Of a stretch of DNA of 58,679 nt, positions 33,827 through 42,406 are shown in pieces. The translations under genes and the position numbers were made by a program. Positions within the stretch are counted from its first letter, which is position 1; every line of letters begins with the position of its first letter. The DNA lies in assembly GCA_030037395.1 (NCBI GenBank), contig JASHRJ010000099.1, positions 1 through 58,679 of the forward strand, given 5' to 3'. This stretch comes from Thermoplasmata archaeon. GTDB lineage: Archaea > Thermoplasmatota > Thermoplasmata > Lutacidiplasmatales > UBA184. The notes under the pieces are model-generated. The model saw nothing but the letters and a program-made list of their open reading frames with translations, ran no database searches and had not been told where the DNA came from.

Positions 33827-35293
33827 ATGGCGGCGGACGCGACGTACGGGCTCGTGATCGGAGGCGTCGAGTCCGAGGCGGCCGAGACCGAGGCGCTGCT
33901 GGACCCGTCGACCAACCGGCCGATCGCCCGCGTCGCGGTCGGCACCCCGGAGGACGCCCGGCAGGCGATGGAGTCCGCCCAGGCCGCCTTCGAGAGCTCC
34001 GACTGGGCGGGCGGCGACGGCACGAAGCGCTCGCGCGCGCTGCTTCGGCTCGCCCATCTGCTCGAGGAACAGCAGGAGGAGTTCGCCCGGTCCGAGACGC
34101 AGAACATGGGCAAGACCCTGCGCGAGTCCCGTATCGACGTGGGGTTCGTGGTCCGGACCCTCGAGTACGTCGCCGGACTGGCCGACAAGATCCAGGGCGA
34201 GACGATCCCGGTGCCGGGGAGCCGGTTCAACTACACCGTCCGCGAGCCGCTCGGGGTCACCGTCCACATCGCGCCGTGGAACTACCCGCTCCTGCTCGCG
34301 ATGCGGTCGGTCGCCCCCGCGCTGGCGGCCGGCAACACGGTGGTCCTGAAGCCCGCGAGCCTCACCCCGGTCACCGCCGTTCGCCTCGCCCGCCTCGCCC
34401 GGGCGGCGGGGATCCCCGACGGGGTCCTCAACGTCGTACCGGGCCCGGGCGGCCGTCTGGGCGCGGCGCTCCTCCGAGACCCGCGATGTCGGTCCGTCTC
34501 GTTCACGGGCAGCGGCGAGGTCGGGCGGACGGTCGCCGCGCTCGCCGCCGAGCGCCTGCTCCCGGCGATGCTCGAGCTCGGCGGCAAGAGCCCGGTCGTC
34601 GTGCTGCCGGACGCCGATCTCGACCGGGCGGCCCGAGGGGTGGCGCAGGGGATCTTCGGCAACGCGGGCCAGATGTGCTGGGCCGGCTCGCGCCTGATCG
34701 TGCACGAGTCGGTCCGCACCCCGTTGCTCGACAAGCTTCGGGGGATCGCCGAGGCGATGCGCCTCGGGCCGGGCGCCGAGGAGGGTTCCGAGATGGGGCC
34801 GCTCGTCTCGCGGGGCCAGGAACGCCGGGTGCTCGAGTACGTCGAGGTCGCCCGAGCGGACGGCGGCCAGATCGTCACCGGGGGGACGAAGGCAAGCCGG
34901 GCGGAGCTCGCCGAGGGGAACTTCGTCGCGCCGACGGTGGTCGCCGACCTGCCGGAGGGGTCCCGGGCGGCGCGGGAGGAGATCTTCGGCCCCGTCCTCG
35001 CCACCTTCGCGTTCCGCGAGGTCGAGGACGCCGTGCGGCTCGCGAACCAGGGCCCGTACGGTCTCTTCGCGGCTGTCTGGACCCGCGACCTCGCCACCGC
35101 CCACACGTTGGCGCGTCGCCTGGACGCCGGCATGGTGGTGGTGAACGAGCCGCCGCTCACCTTCCCCCAGACCCCGTTCGGAGGGTTCAAGGAGAGCGGC
35201 CTCGGCTCCGAGCAGGGCTCCCACGTCGTCGAAGGCTACACCCGGGTGAAGAACGTCCTCGTCAACGTCGGCCTGCCGAAGAGAAAGGGGTAG
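33827..35293 (+). CDS. NAD(P)+-dependent aldehyde dehydrogenase
   Basis: 488 aa. Contains FTGSGEVGR, the catalytic Glu region LELGGKSP, the catalytic Cys region GNAGQMCWAGSR, and EEIFGPV. Confidence 0.93.
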   Translation: MAADATYGLVIGGVESEAAETEALLDPSTNRPIARVAVGTPEDARQAMESAQAAFESSDWAGGDGTKRSRALLRLAHLLEEQQEEFARSETQNMGKTLRESRIDVGFVVRTLEYVAGLADKIQGETIPVPGSRFNYTVREPLGVTVHIAPWNYPLLLAMRSVAPALAAGNTVVLKPASLTPVTAVRLARLARAAGIPDGVLNVVPGPGGRLGAALLRDPRCRSVSFTGSGEVGRTVAALAAERLLPAMLELGGKSPVVVLPDADLDRAARGVAQGIFGNAGQMCWAGSRLIVHESVRTPLLDKLRGIAEAMRLGPGAEEGSEMGPLVSRGQERRVLEYVEVARADGGQIVTGGTKASRAELAEGNFVAPTVVADLPEGSRAAREEIFGPVLATFAFREVEDAVRLANQGPYGLFAAVWTRDLATAHTLARRLDAGMVVVNEPPLTFPQTPFGGFKESGLGSEQGSHVVEGYTRVKNVLVNVGLPKRKG

Positions 35294-35306
35294 GGTTCCG
35301 GCCGCG

Positions 35307-35987
35307 GTGGGGGCCACCGCGTTCGTACGAAACCCCAAAAGCCCGGCTCCCGGCTGGTCGGCGGGAACGACCGTGGGCGCGGCGACGGCGGTCTGGGGCT
35401 CGTGCCGGTTCTGCGGGACCGCCGTCGCGCCGGGGGCCGCGGTGTGCGGGATCTGCGGGGCCGACGGACCGGTGCGGGCGGGGACGTTCGCCCAGGCGCC
35501 CCGGTCCGTCCGCCGACGCATCGTGCTCACCGGCACGCTGCGGACCCTGATCGTCGTAGGGGTCGCGGTGGCCCTCGCTTACACCCTGATCGCGAACGCG
35601 CTGAGCGGACCGCCGACCGTCGCCGACCCCCTCACGACGAGCGGCACGTACACCGTCGGACCCGGTCAGGCCGAGATCCTCCAGGGGGCCGTCACCGGGG
35701 GCGACTACATCGTCGGGAACTTCACGAGCGTTCGGCCGTTCGGCGCGGACATCGCGTTCGAGGTGTACAATTCGACCGAGTGGAACCGAACCCTCGCCGG
35801 CGAGAACGCCTCGATCGCCTACACGACCGGGAACGAGAGCGCCGCGCGGATCGTCTTCTCCGCCGAGTATACGGACAACTACACCTTCGTGCTGGTCAAT
35901 CCGTACCCCGCTTCGAGCCACCTCAATATCACGGTGTACGTGGCAACGCAGTACGAGTCGAACGTCGGGGACGACGGCTTCGGCTAG
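35307..35987 (+). CDS. Zinc-ribbon / single-pass membrane protein with sequon-rich extracellular domain
   Basis: 226 aa with a GTG start, 13 nt after the ALDH gene. Layout is CRFCG...CGICG, then a TM helix (LRTLIVVGVAVALAYTLIA), then a domain of about 130 aa with 7 N-x-S/T sequons. Confidence 0.65.
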   Translation: MGATAFVRNPKSPAPGWSAGTTVGAATAVWGSCRFCGTAVAPGAAVCGICGADGPVRAGTFAQAPRSVRRRIVLTGTLRTLIVVGVAVALAYTLIANALSGPPTVADPLTTSGTYTVGPGQAEILQGAVTGGDYIVGNFTSVRPFGADIAFEVYNSTEWNRTLAGENASIAYTTGNESAARIVFSAEYTDNYTFVLVNPYPASSHLNITVYVATQYESNVGDDGFG

Positions 35988-36646
35988 CCCGACCCGGACG
36001 CCCCGTCGGGGACCGGTTCGGAACGGCGGAGGAGCTCCGCCGGAATCCGGTCCGCGAGGTAGACCGTCTTGCCGGCCTGCATGATCACGATCCCGTCCGC
36101 CTGGGCCTTGCGCGCATCGACCTCGAGCACGATCGGCTCGGGGGTGCGGACCTTGCCCGCCGCGACCGCGTCGGCGGCGGTCTTGGAGAGATGGACCTTC
36201 TTGCGGTCGGACGGCCGCAGTCCGACCTCGAGCACGATCGCGGCCTCGTCCGCGGTCACCGGGTAGTACAGGTGCTCGGGGATGTTCGCGGTCGGCAGGT
36301 CGAGCTCGATCTCGAGGGTGTGGCCGTACGTCGCCCGGATCCGATCCTCGCGGACCTCGTAGCGGCCCTTGCCGTCGGTCTCGGCGATCGCCACCAGGTG
36401 CTGCGGCCGCAGCCACCGGTAGACCGGATGCCGCTGGGTGATCGCCCGCGCGATCGCCGAGAGCTCGATCCATCCGTGGGGATCGACCGAGAGGCCGTAC
36501 CGGTCGGGGAAGTGCCGGAGGATCCCCGTCAGGACCCGGCCGAGGTGGTCAAGCTCGCGGTCGTTGAGCACGAACCGGCCACCCTGCCCGCAGACCGGGC
36601 AGCTTTCGGCACGGAAGTAGCCGTGCTGGGCGCACTCCTTCAGCAT
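35984..36646 (-). CDS. kptA: RNA 2'-phosphotransferase (Tpt1/KptA) with N-terminal zinc ribbon
   Basis: 220 aa from the ATG at 36646. MLKECAQHGYFRAESCPVCG is followed by KptA-like LGRVLTGILRHFPDRYGLSVDPHGWIEL...ATYGHT...HLS. Confidence 0.85.
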   Translation of the reverse strand: MLKECAQHGYFRAESCPVCGQGGRFVLNDRELDHLGRVLTGILRHFPDRYGLSVDPHGWIELSAIARAITQRHPVYRWLRPQHLVAIAETDGKGRYEVREDRIRATYGHTLEIELDLPTANIPEHLYYPVTADEAAIVLEVGLRPSDRKKVHLSKTAADAVAAGKVRTPEPIVLEVDARKAQADGIVIMQAGKTVYLADRIPAELLRRSEPVPDGASGSG

Positions 36647-36663
36647 CGGGACGGTTCGGCCGG

Positions 36664-36951
36664 TCAGGCCTTGACCTTGTCGGCCTTCTTCTCGAAGTCC
36701 GTCAGGAGATCGTCGTACAGGTCGGTGAGATCCTTGAGGACCCGCTTCAGGACCTGCTGCGGCTTCTCGCCCTTCGTGCGGAGCTGAAGGCTCGGTCGGT
36801 CGAGGAACGGGTGGCCCAGCAGGTAGCGGGCCTCGACGACCTTCTCCTCGCGCTGCAGCGCTTCGACCAGCGGCACCAGCAGCGTCTCCTCTCCCTTGGG
36901 GAACTCGACGCGCAGCAGGTCGTGCTCCTTCTCGATGACGCGCAGCTCCAT
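36664..36951 (-). CDS. rpoL: DNA-directed RNA polymerase subunit L (Rpo11)
   Basis: 95 aa. MELRVIEKEHDLLRVEFPKGEETLLVPLVEALQREEKVVEARYLLGHPFLD... has the typical Rpo11 layout. Confidence 0.85.
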   Translation of the reverse strand: MELRVIEKEHDLLRVEFPKGEETLLVPLVEALQREEKVVEARYLLGHPFLDRPSLQLRTKGEKPQQVLKRVLKDLTDLYDDLLTDFEKKADKVKA

Positions 36952-37052
36952 CGGAGGATCCGGGAGGACGGCCCACCGGGGTTGGCTTCTTAAGGGTAGC
37001 GCCGCGGTCCCGGCACCGGAGCGGTCCGTCCGTCGGGCGGTTCCGCCGGACC

Positions 37053-37058
37053 TTTAAC
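37053..37058 (+). promoter_or_regulatory. TATA-like box upstream of purD
   Basis: TTTAAC, centred about 26 nt upstream of the GTG at 37081. Confidence 0.35.
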
Positions 37059-37080
37059 CTTCGGGACCTCCGCGGGCGCC

Positions 37081-38490
37081 GTGACGCGCTGGCTCGTCGT
37101 CGGGGGCGGTGCCCGCGAGCACGCGATCGGCCGGGCGCTCGTGCGCGCCGGCGCCGAGATCGTTGTAGCGAGCCCGAACGCGAACCCCGGCCTCGAGCGG
37201 CTGGCGGCGAGTTCTCGCCGGCTAGCGCTCGACGAGCCCGAGAAGCTGGTCGAGTTCGCCACCGCGGCCGGCGCTTCGGCGGCGGTGATCGGGCCCGAGG
37301 CGCCGCTCGCCGCCGGCGCGGCCGACGCGCTTCGCGGCCGGGGGATCCCGACCGTGGGACCGGACCGCTCGACCGCTCGTCTGGAGGCCTCCAAGGCGTT
37401 CTGCCGGGAGCTGCTCTCCCGCCACGGGGTCACGGGCCAGCCGAGCTTCGTGGTGCTCACGGCTCCGGAGGAGGTCGAGCGGGCGATCGCGGAGTTCGCG
37501 GGCCCGCTGGTGGTGAAGCCGAGCGGCCTCACCGCGGGCAAGGGGGTCTGGGTCGAGGGGGTGGATTTCCCGGACCGTCGGGAGGGCGCGGTCTACGCGA
37601 AGTCGCTCCTGCTGCAGGGCAACGCCGTCGTGCTGGAGGAGAGGCTCGACGGCGAGGAGTTCAGCCTGATGGCGTTCGTCACCGACGACGGGATCGCACG
37701 CATGCCCGCGGTCCAGGACTTCAAGCGGGCCCTCGAGGGCGACCGGGGAGCGAACACGGGCGGGATGGGCTCGTACTCCCAACGGGACCACCTCCTGCCG
37801 TTCCTCGGCGCGGCCGATCGGGACCGCGCGCAGGCCATTCTCGACGGCGCGGTCGCCGCCCTGCGGGCCGAGGGCCTCCCCTACCGAGGGGTCCTCTACG
37901 GCGGCTTCATGCTCACCGCCGCCGGGCCGCGGCTGCTCGAGTTCAACGTGCGGTTCGGCGATCCCGAGGGGATCAACGCGCTGACGCTTTACGAGGAGGG
38001 AAACCTCTCCGACCTGCTGCTCGGGATCGCCTCCGGCCACCTCGAGCCGAACCTCGCGCGGTTTCGGCTCCGCGCGACCGTCGTCCGGTACCTGGTCCCG
38101 CCCGGCTACGGGAGCCGGGCGGTCGCCGGCGGCCTGCTCACCCTGGACGAGCGGGCGATCGAGGCCGAAGGGGTCCACGTCCTGTACGGGAGCGTCGAGG
38201 CGGCGGGCCCGGCGACGGTGCGGCTCGGCAGCGGCCGCGGGATCGCGCTGGTCGGGGAGGCGAGCGCGATCCATGAGGCCGGCGCGCGCATCGAGAGCGC
38301 GCTCAAGCACGTCCGCGGGGAGTTCTACGTCCGGCACGACATCGGCACTCAGGCGGACCTCACCCGCCGCTGGGAGCACATGCGCCAGCTCCTCCGCCCC
38401 GGCGCGCGCCCGTCGCCGCTCCCGCTGAGCGTGGCGCCGCCGGACGCCCCGCCGTCGAGCGCCGGGCCACCGGCCCAGCTCACCGGGTAG
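37081..38490 (+). CDS. purD: Phosphoribosylamine-glycine ligase
   Basis: 469 aa with a GTG start. Contains VVGGGAREHAIG and an ATP-grasp core (LVVKPSGLTAGKGV, NTGGMGSY, EFNVRFGDPE). A Pro-rich C-terminal extension of about 40 aa is present. Confidence 0.95.
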   Translation: MTRWLVVGGGAREHAIGRALVRAGAEIVVASPNANPGLERLAASSRRLALDEPEKLVEFATAAGASAAVIGPEAPLAAGAADALRGRGIPTVGPDRSTARLEASKAFCRELLSRHGVTGQPSFVVLTAPEEVERAIAEFAGPLVVKPSGLTAGKGVWVEGVDFPDRREGAVYAKSLLLQGNAVVLEERLDGEEFSLMAFVTDDGIARMPAVQDFKRALEGDRGANTGGMGSYSQRDHLLPFLGAADRDRAQAILDGAVAALRAEGLPYRGVLYGGFMLTAAGPRLLEFNVRFGDPEGINALTLYEEGNLSDLLLGIASGHLEPNLARFRLRATVVRYLVPPGYGSRAVAGGLLTLDERAIEAEGVHVLYGSVEAAGPATVRLGSGRGIALVGEASAIHEAGARIESALKHVRGEFYVRHDIGTQADLTRRWEHMRQLLRPGARPSPLPLSVAPPDAPPSSAGPPAQLTG

Positions 38491-38505
38491 CCGAGAGCCC
38501 AAGCG

Positions 38506-38512
38506 GTAAAGA
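38506..38512 (+). promoter_or_regulatory. TATA-like box upstream of tfs-asnS
   Basis: GTAAAGA, centred about 30 nt upstream of the ATG at 38539. Confidence 0.3.
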
Positions 38513-38538
38513 GCCCCGGCCCGCTGGCACGGTCCTGC

Positions 38539-38847
38539 ATGTTCTGCCCGAAGTGCAAACGCCTGATGCGCCCGGACCGGGAGCGCCACGTCTGGCAGTG
38601 CTCCGGCTGCGGCCACACCGAGCCGCTCGGGCGCGGGGTCGAGGTCGGCCGGTCGACACCGCAGGGGAGGGAGGTCGCGGTCGTCGAGACCAAGACGGTG
38701 ACGCTCCCGAAGGCCGAGGAGACCTGCCCGAAGTGCGGGAACGGGGAGGCGTACTGGGTCCTGCGGCAGACGCGGGGCGCCGACGAGCCCGAGACCCGGA
38801 TCTTCGAGTGCACCAAGTGCGGGCACAAGTGGCGGGAGTACCAGTGA
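38539..38847 (+). CDS. tfs: Transcription factor S (TFS / RpoM-like)
   Basis: 102 aa. It has an N-terminal Zn ribbon (FCPKC...CSGCGH) and a C-terminal TFIIS-type ribbon (CPKCGN..AYW..QTRGADEPETRIFECTKCGHKW) with the acidic DE loop. Confidence 0.9.
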   Translation: MFCPKCKRLMRPDRERHVWQCSGCGHTEPLGRGVEVGRSTPQGREVAVVETKTVTLPKAEETCPKCGNGEAYWVLRQTRGADEPETRIFECTKCGHKWREYQ

Positions 38848-40148
38848 GCCCGGAGCGGTTCGCGCCGATCCGCGCGGCGTTCGGGCCCGAAGCGCTCGGC
38901 CGCCCGGTCCGGGTCCGAGGGTGGGTGCTGCGTTCCCGCTCCTCCGGCGGGATCCTGTTCGTCGTGCTGCGCGACCGGACCGGCTCGGTCCAGGTCACCG
39001 GCCGCCGCGACGTGCTCGGGGAGGCGGCGTTCGAGGCGGCCGAGCACGTGCAGGCCGAGGGAGCGATCGAGGTCGAGGGGCTCGTCGCCGAGGACCGTCG
39101 GGCCCCGGGGGGCCGCGAGGTCCGGGCGTCGGCGATCCGCGTCGTGGACGCCGGGCAGCCGTTCCCGATCTTCGCCGACCAGACCGAGGAGTTCCGCCTG
39201 GACAAGCGGCACCTGGTCGTCCGCTCCCCGGAACACGTCGCGACGTTCCGGGTGAAGGCGGAGCTCCTCCGCGCCCTCCGGGAATTCCTCGAGCGCGAGG
39301 AGGTCCTCGAGACCACGCCGCCGATCCTCTCGGGGAACGCCGCGGAAGGCGGGGCCGAGGCGTTCCAGATCGACTACTTCGGGCGCCCGGGGTACCTCTC
39401 GCAGACGGCGCAGCTGTACCTCGAAGCGCTGCTGTTCCCGAACGAGAGGGTCTACGCCCTGACCCCGTCGTTCCGCGCGGAGAAGTCCCGGACCCCACGC
39501 CACCTGACCGAGTACCTCCACCTCGAGGTGGAGCTCGCCTGGTGCGACCTTGCCGGGCTGCTGGAGTTCGAGGAGCGGATGGTCGTCGGCGCCGCGCGCG
39601 CGCTCGCCGAGCGGTGCGCAGAGGAGCTCGCCGTGCTCGGCCGACCGCCGGACGAGCTGCGCGCGCTCGCGGCGCCGTTCCCCCGGCTCCGCTACGCGGA
39701 GGCGATCGACCGGCTCGCCGCCCAGGGGTTCCCCGTCCGGTGGGGCAGCGACCTCGGGACCGCGGAGGAGCGCGCGCTCACCGTCGAGGAGCGCTCGCCG
39801 GTGTTCGTCACCCACTTTCCGAAGGAGCTCAAGGCGTTCTACATGCTCCGTTCGCCGGACGATCCGCGGACCGTCGAGGCGGCGGACCTGCTCGCCCCCG
39901 AAGGCTACGGCGAGATGATCGGCGGCTCCTGCCGCGAGACCGACGTGGATCGGCTCGCGGAGCGCCTCCGCGCCTCCGGCGCTTCGGTCCCCGAGTACGA
40001 GTGGTACCTCGATCTCCGCCGTCACGGAAGCGTGCCGCACGCGGGCTTCGGCCTCGGCGTCGAGCGGATGCTCCGCTGGATCTTGCGGCGGGAGCACATC
40101 CGCGAGACCACCCCGTTCCCGAGGACGCCGTCCCGCCACACGCCGTGA
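38844..40148 (+). CDS. asnS: Asparaginyl-tRNA synthetase
   Basis: 434 aa from the GTG at 38844, which overlaps the tfs stop (GTGA). Class IIb motifs are FRAEKSRTPRHLTEY, KAFYM, LLAPEGYGEMIGGSCRE and WYLDLRRHGSVPHAGFGLGVERM. These match AsnRS rather than archaeal AspRS signatures. Confidence 0.92.
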   Translation: MSPERFAPIRAAFGPEALGRPVRVRGWVLRSRSSGGILFVVLRDRTGSVQVTGRRDVLGEAAFEAAEHVQAEGAIEVEGLVAEDRRAPGGREVRASAIRVVDAGQPFPIFADQTEEFRLDKRHLVVRSPEHVATFRVKAELLRALREFLEREEVLETTPPILSGNAAEGGAEAFQIDYFGRPGYLSQTAQLYLEALLFPNERVYALTPSFRAEKSRTPRHLTEYLHLEVELAWCDLAGLLEFEERMVVGAARALAERCAEELAVLGRPPDELRALAAPFPRLRYAEAIDRLAAQGFPVRWGSDLGTAEERALTVEERSPVFVTHFPKELKAFYMLRSPDDPRTVEAADLLAPEGYGEMIGGSCRETDVDRLAERLRASGASVPEYEWYLDLRRHGSVPHAGFGLGVERMLRWILRREHIRETTPFPRTPSRHTP

Positions 40149-40167
40149 GCGACCACCGCGCGACCGC

Positions 40168-40776
40168 GTGCGGCCCGGCGTGAGCAAGATTCAAGAGCGC
40201 GCGAGCGCCTTGCGCGTCCGCTCGCACATCGGGGGACCCAGCGTGGCAACGGAGCAAGGGTCGGACCGGGGGGGCGAGCGCACGCCGACCGCGGCCGAGA
40301 AGCCGGCGGCGGAGACCGTCGTCGACCGGGTCACCCACCTGGATGTCCCGGCGATCTGCCAGCTGTACAAGAAGGTCTGGGAGTCGGAGCCGCCCGGGCT
40401 GCCGGCGGAGCTCGGCAAGTCCTGGCAGCCCACGCCGCTCGAGTTCACCAGCCGGATGGAGGGCGTCACGTTCTTCGCGGCCCGGCGCGGCGGGCATCTC
40501 ATCGGGGTCTTGGGCTGCGAGCTCCGGCAAGGCTCCTGCCACTTGGTCCACCTGGCCGTCGATCCGGAGGGCCGTCGTCAGGGGGTCGCGACCGCGCTGG
40601 TCGCGGCGGTGGTCGACTGGGCGCGGCGGGCCAACGCGACCGCCATCTGGGCCGATCCGCTCGGACGGTTCCAGGCCGCCTCCGCGCTGCTCAAGAAGCT
40701 CGGGTTCGCGGAGAGCGGCGTGCTCCACCGGCACGCGTGGAACGAGGACGTCCGACTGCTCGAGCGCGTGCTGTAG
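40168..40776 (+). CDS. GNAT-family N-acetyltransferase
   Basis: 202 aa. Contains the acetyl-CoA binding motif LAVDPEGRRQGVATALV. The N-terminal roughly 25 codons have mixed GC3, so the true start may be the in-frame GTG at 40243. Confidence 0.75.
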   Translation: MRPGVSKIQERASALRVRSHIGGPSVATEQGSDRGGERTPTAAEKPAAETVVDRVTHLDVPAICQLYKKVWESEPPGLPAELGKSWQPTPLEFTSRMEGVTFFAARRGGHLIGVLGCELRQGSCHLVHLAVDPEGRRQGVATALVAAVVDWARRANATAIWADPLGRFQAASALLKKLGFAESGVLHRHAWNEDVRLLERVL

Positions 40777-40782
40777 CTCGCA

Positions 40783-41748
40783 TCAGCCGGCCGGCGCGGG
40801 CTCCGCGAGGCCCCGCGCGTCGCGCAGGGCGCGCAGACGTCGGCTCGCCTCTTCCACGTTCCCTTCGACCAGCGCCCGGGCGGCCACCGCGAGCTCGCGG
40901 ACCTCCTCGGCCGGCGGCGCGGCCCCTCCCCCGCGCGCGGCGAGCCGATCGCCGAGCTGACCGATCCGCTCCGGCAGCGCCTCGGCGGCACGCTCTGCCG
41001 CGCGCGAGCGCAGGACCCGCAGCTGTTGCTTGAGCGGCGCGAGCCGCCCGGCGCGCAGTTCGGCTTCGAGATCGGCGCCGGTTTCGCCCGGTTCGGCGGG
41101 GTCAACGATGCCAAGGGCCCCGAGGTCGCGCAGGAACCCGAGCAGCCGTTCGAGCTCGCCGCGCGCCTGGTCGAGATGCCGCTCCTTGAGCGCGACGACC
41201 CGGTCGACCTGCTGGAACGTAGCCAGCGCCTGCGCGATGTCGCCGACCTGGGCGGCGTGCAGGGCGTCCTCGACCTGGCCCCGTTCGAGACGGCTGTCGA
41301 CCGAGTAGGCTTCGAGACGACCGATCCGGGCGGAGGTCCGCTCCTCCCAGCGCTCGAACGCGGTGGAGATCCGCCGCTGGGCGAGGCGCTCGACGCCGCG
41401 GACGACCTCGGCCCACGGCTCCGGCGTGCGCGAGCGCGCGGCGGCCTCCTCGGCCCACGGGGGCAGGCGGGGAAGATCGATGCCGAGCGGCTCCGCCGCC
41501 TCGCCCCACTGCGCGAGTCGGGCCAGACGCCGGCTCAGCTCGGCGGAGAACGGGTTGTCGTGGGCACGGCTCACGACCGAGGGCTGAGGTACGCCCCCGG
41601 CGCGGCCGTCCGGAGACGCGGGGGCGCGCGGCGCGGCCTCTCGCCCCGGGCCGGCCCGGGCGATCGCCGCGCGGCAGACCGGGCACGTCATCGTTCCCCA
41701 CGGCACCTCCACGCCGCAGGACGGGCAGGTCGACGGGCCGCTCGCCAT
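40783..41748 (-). CDS. Zinc-ribbon protein with long helical/coiled-coil C-terminal region, unknown function
   Basis: 321 aa. MASGPSTCPSCGVEVPWGTMTCPVCRAAI is followed by a Pro/Ala linker and then about 230 aa of charged helical sequence. Confidence 0.6.
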   Translation of the reverse strand: MASGPSTCPSCGVEVPWGTMTCPVCRAAIARAGPGREAAPRAPASPDGRAGGVPQPSVVSRAHDNPFSAELSRRLARLAQWGEAAEPLGIDLPRLPPWAEEAAARSRTPEPWAEVVRGVERLAQRRISTAFERWEERTSARIGRLEAYSVDSRLERGQVEDALHAAQVGDIAQALATFQQVDRVVALKERHLDQARGELERLLGFLRDLGALGIVDPAEPGETGADLEAELRAGRLAPLKQQLRVLRSRAAERAAEALPERIGQLGDRLAARGGGAAPPAEEVRELAVAARALVEGNVEEASRRLRALRDARGLAEPAPAG

Positions 41749-41776
41749 CGCCGAGGGTACGAAGGCAGCGCCGGGG

Positions 41777-41783
41777 CTTAAGG
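41777..41783 (-). promoter_or_regulatory. TATA-like box upstream of the 40783-41748 gene
   Basis: The minus strand reads CCTTAAG. Its centre is about 32 nt upstream of the ATG at 41748. Confidence 0.3.
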
Positions 41784-41821
41784 TCGGACCTCCGCGGGGC
41801 CTCGGCCGGCGCGCGGGAAAG

Positions 41822-41906
41822 TGCAGGGGGTGAGATTTGAACTCACGAACTCCTACGAGACCAGGACCTCAACCTGGCGCCTTTGACCAAGCTGGGCCAC
41901 CCCTGC
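41822..41906 (-). tRNA. tRNA-Leu (anticodon GAG)
   Basis: The reverse complement is GCAGGGGTGGCCCAGCTTGGTCAAAGGCGCCAGGTTGAGGTCCTGGTCTCGTAGGAGTTCGTGAGTTCAAATCTCACCCCCTGCA. It has acceptor stem GCAGGGG/CCCCTGC, anticodon stem CCAGG/CCTGG with loop TTGAGGT, a long variable arm (class II) and T arm GTGAG-TTCAAAT-CTCAC. Length is 85 nt. Confidence 0.9.
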
Positions 41907-41937
41907 GCGTCCCGTCGCGCGGCTACGGGACCCGGCC

Positions 41938-41947
41938 GATAACCTTT
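41938..41947 (-). promoter_or_regulatory. TATA-like box upstream of tRNA-Leu
   Basis: The minus strand reads AAAGGTTATC. Its centre is about 36 nt upstream of the mature tRNA 5' end, which implies a short leader removed by RNase P. Confidence 0.3.
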
Positions 41948-42067
41948 GTGAAGCGCCGACGCCCGTCGCGTCGGGGTGGCACCCCGACTGGACCCGGGCG
42001 ATCCGGGTCCCGGCGCGCCGTCTTCCATCGACAAAGGCCTTGTAGGGCGGCGCGGTGGCGCGCACCC

Positions 42068-42406
42068 ATGCCCGAGCCCGCGACGCCCGGTGCCACCGTC
42101 TTCATCGGGTTGAAGCCGACGATGACCTACGTCTTCCAGGTCGTCACGCAACTCAACTCCGGTGCCGGGCCGGTGATCGTGAAGGCGAGAGGGAACGCGA
42201 TCGCCAAGGCGGTCGACGTCGCCGAGGTGGTGCGGCGCCGTTTCCTCGAGGGTCAGGTGGAGGTCGGGCCGATCTCGATCGAGACCGAGCGGCTGACGAA
42301 CCGCGAGGGACGGGAAGCGAACGTCTCCTCGATCTCGATCCCGCTCACGCGGACCGGGCCCCCGCTGCCGGCGGGCGCGATGGGCCCGGTGCCGCCGGCG
42401 GCGTAG
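42068..42406 (+). CDS. albA: Chromatin protein Alba
   Basis: 112 aa from the ATG at 42068. The Alba fold signature is VFIGLKPTMTYVFQVVTQLNSGAGPVIVKARGNAIAKAVDVAEVVRRRF, followed by a Pro-rich tail. Confidence 0.9.
   Translation: MPEPATPGATVFIGLKPTMTYVFQVVTQLNSGAGPVIVKARGNAIAKAVDVAEVVRRRFLEGQVEVGPISIETERLTNREGREANVSSISIPLTRTGPPLPAGAMGPVPPAA

Noticed and set aside
38844-40148. Calling this gene aspartyl-tRNA synthetase
   Set aside because: KAFYM, LLAPEGYGEMIGGSCRE and WYLDLRRHGSVPHAGFGLG match AsnRS signatures rather than archaeal AspRS.
25277-41906. The two tRNA genes as integration hot spots (genomic island borders)
   Set aside because: No integrase is nearby, I noticed no partial tRNA 3'-end duplicate, and the flanking genes are housekeeping with the same composition.
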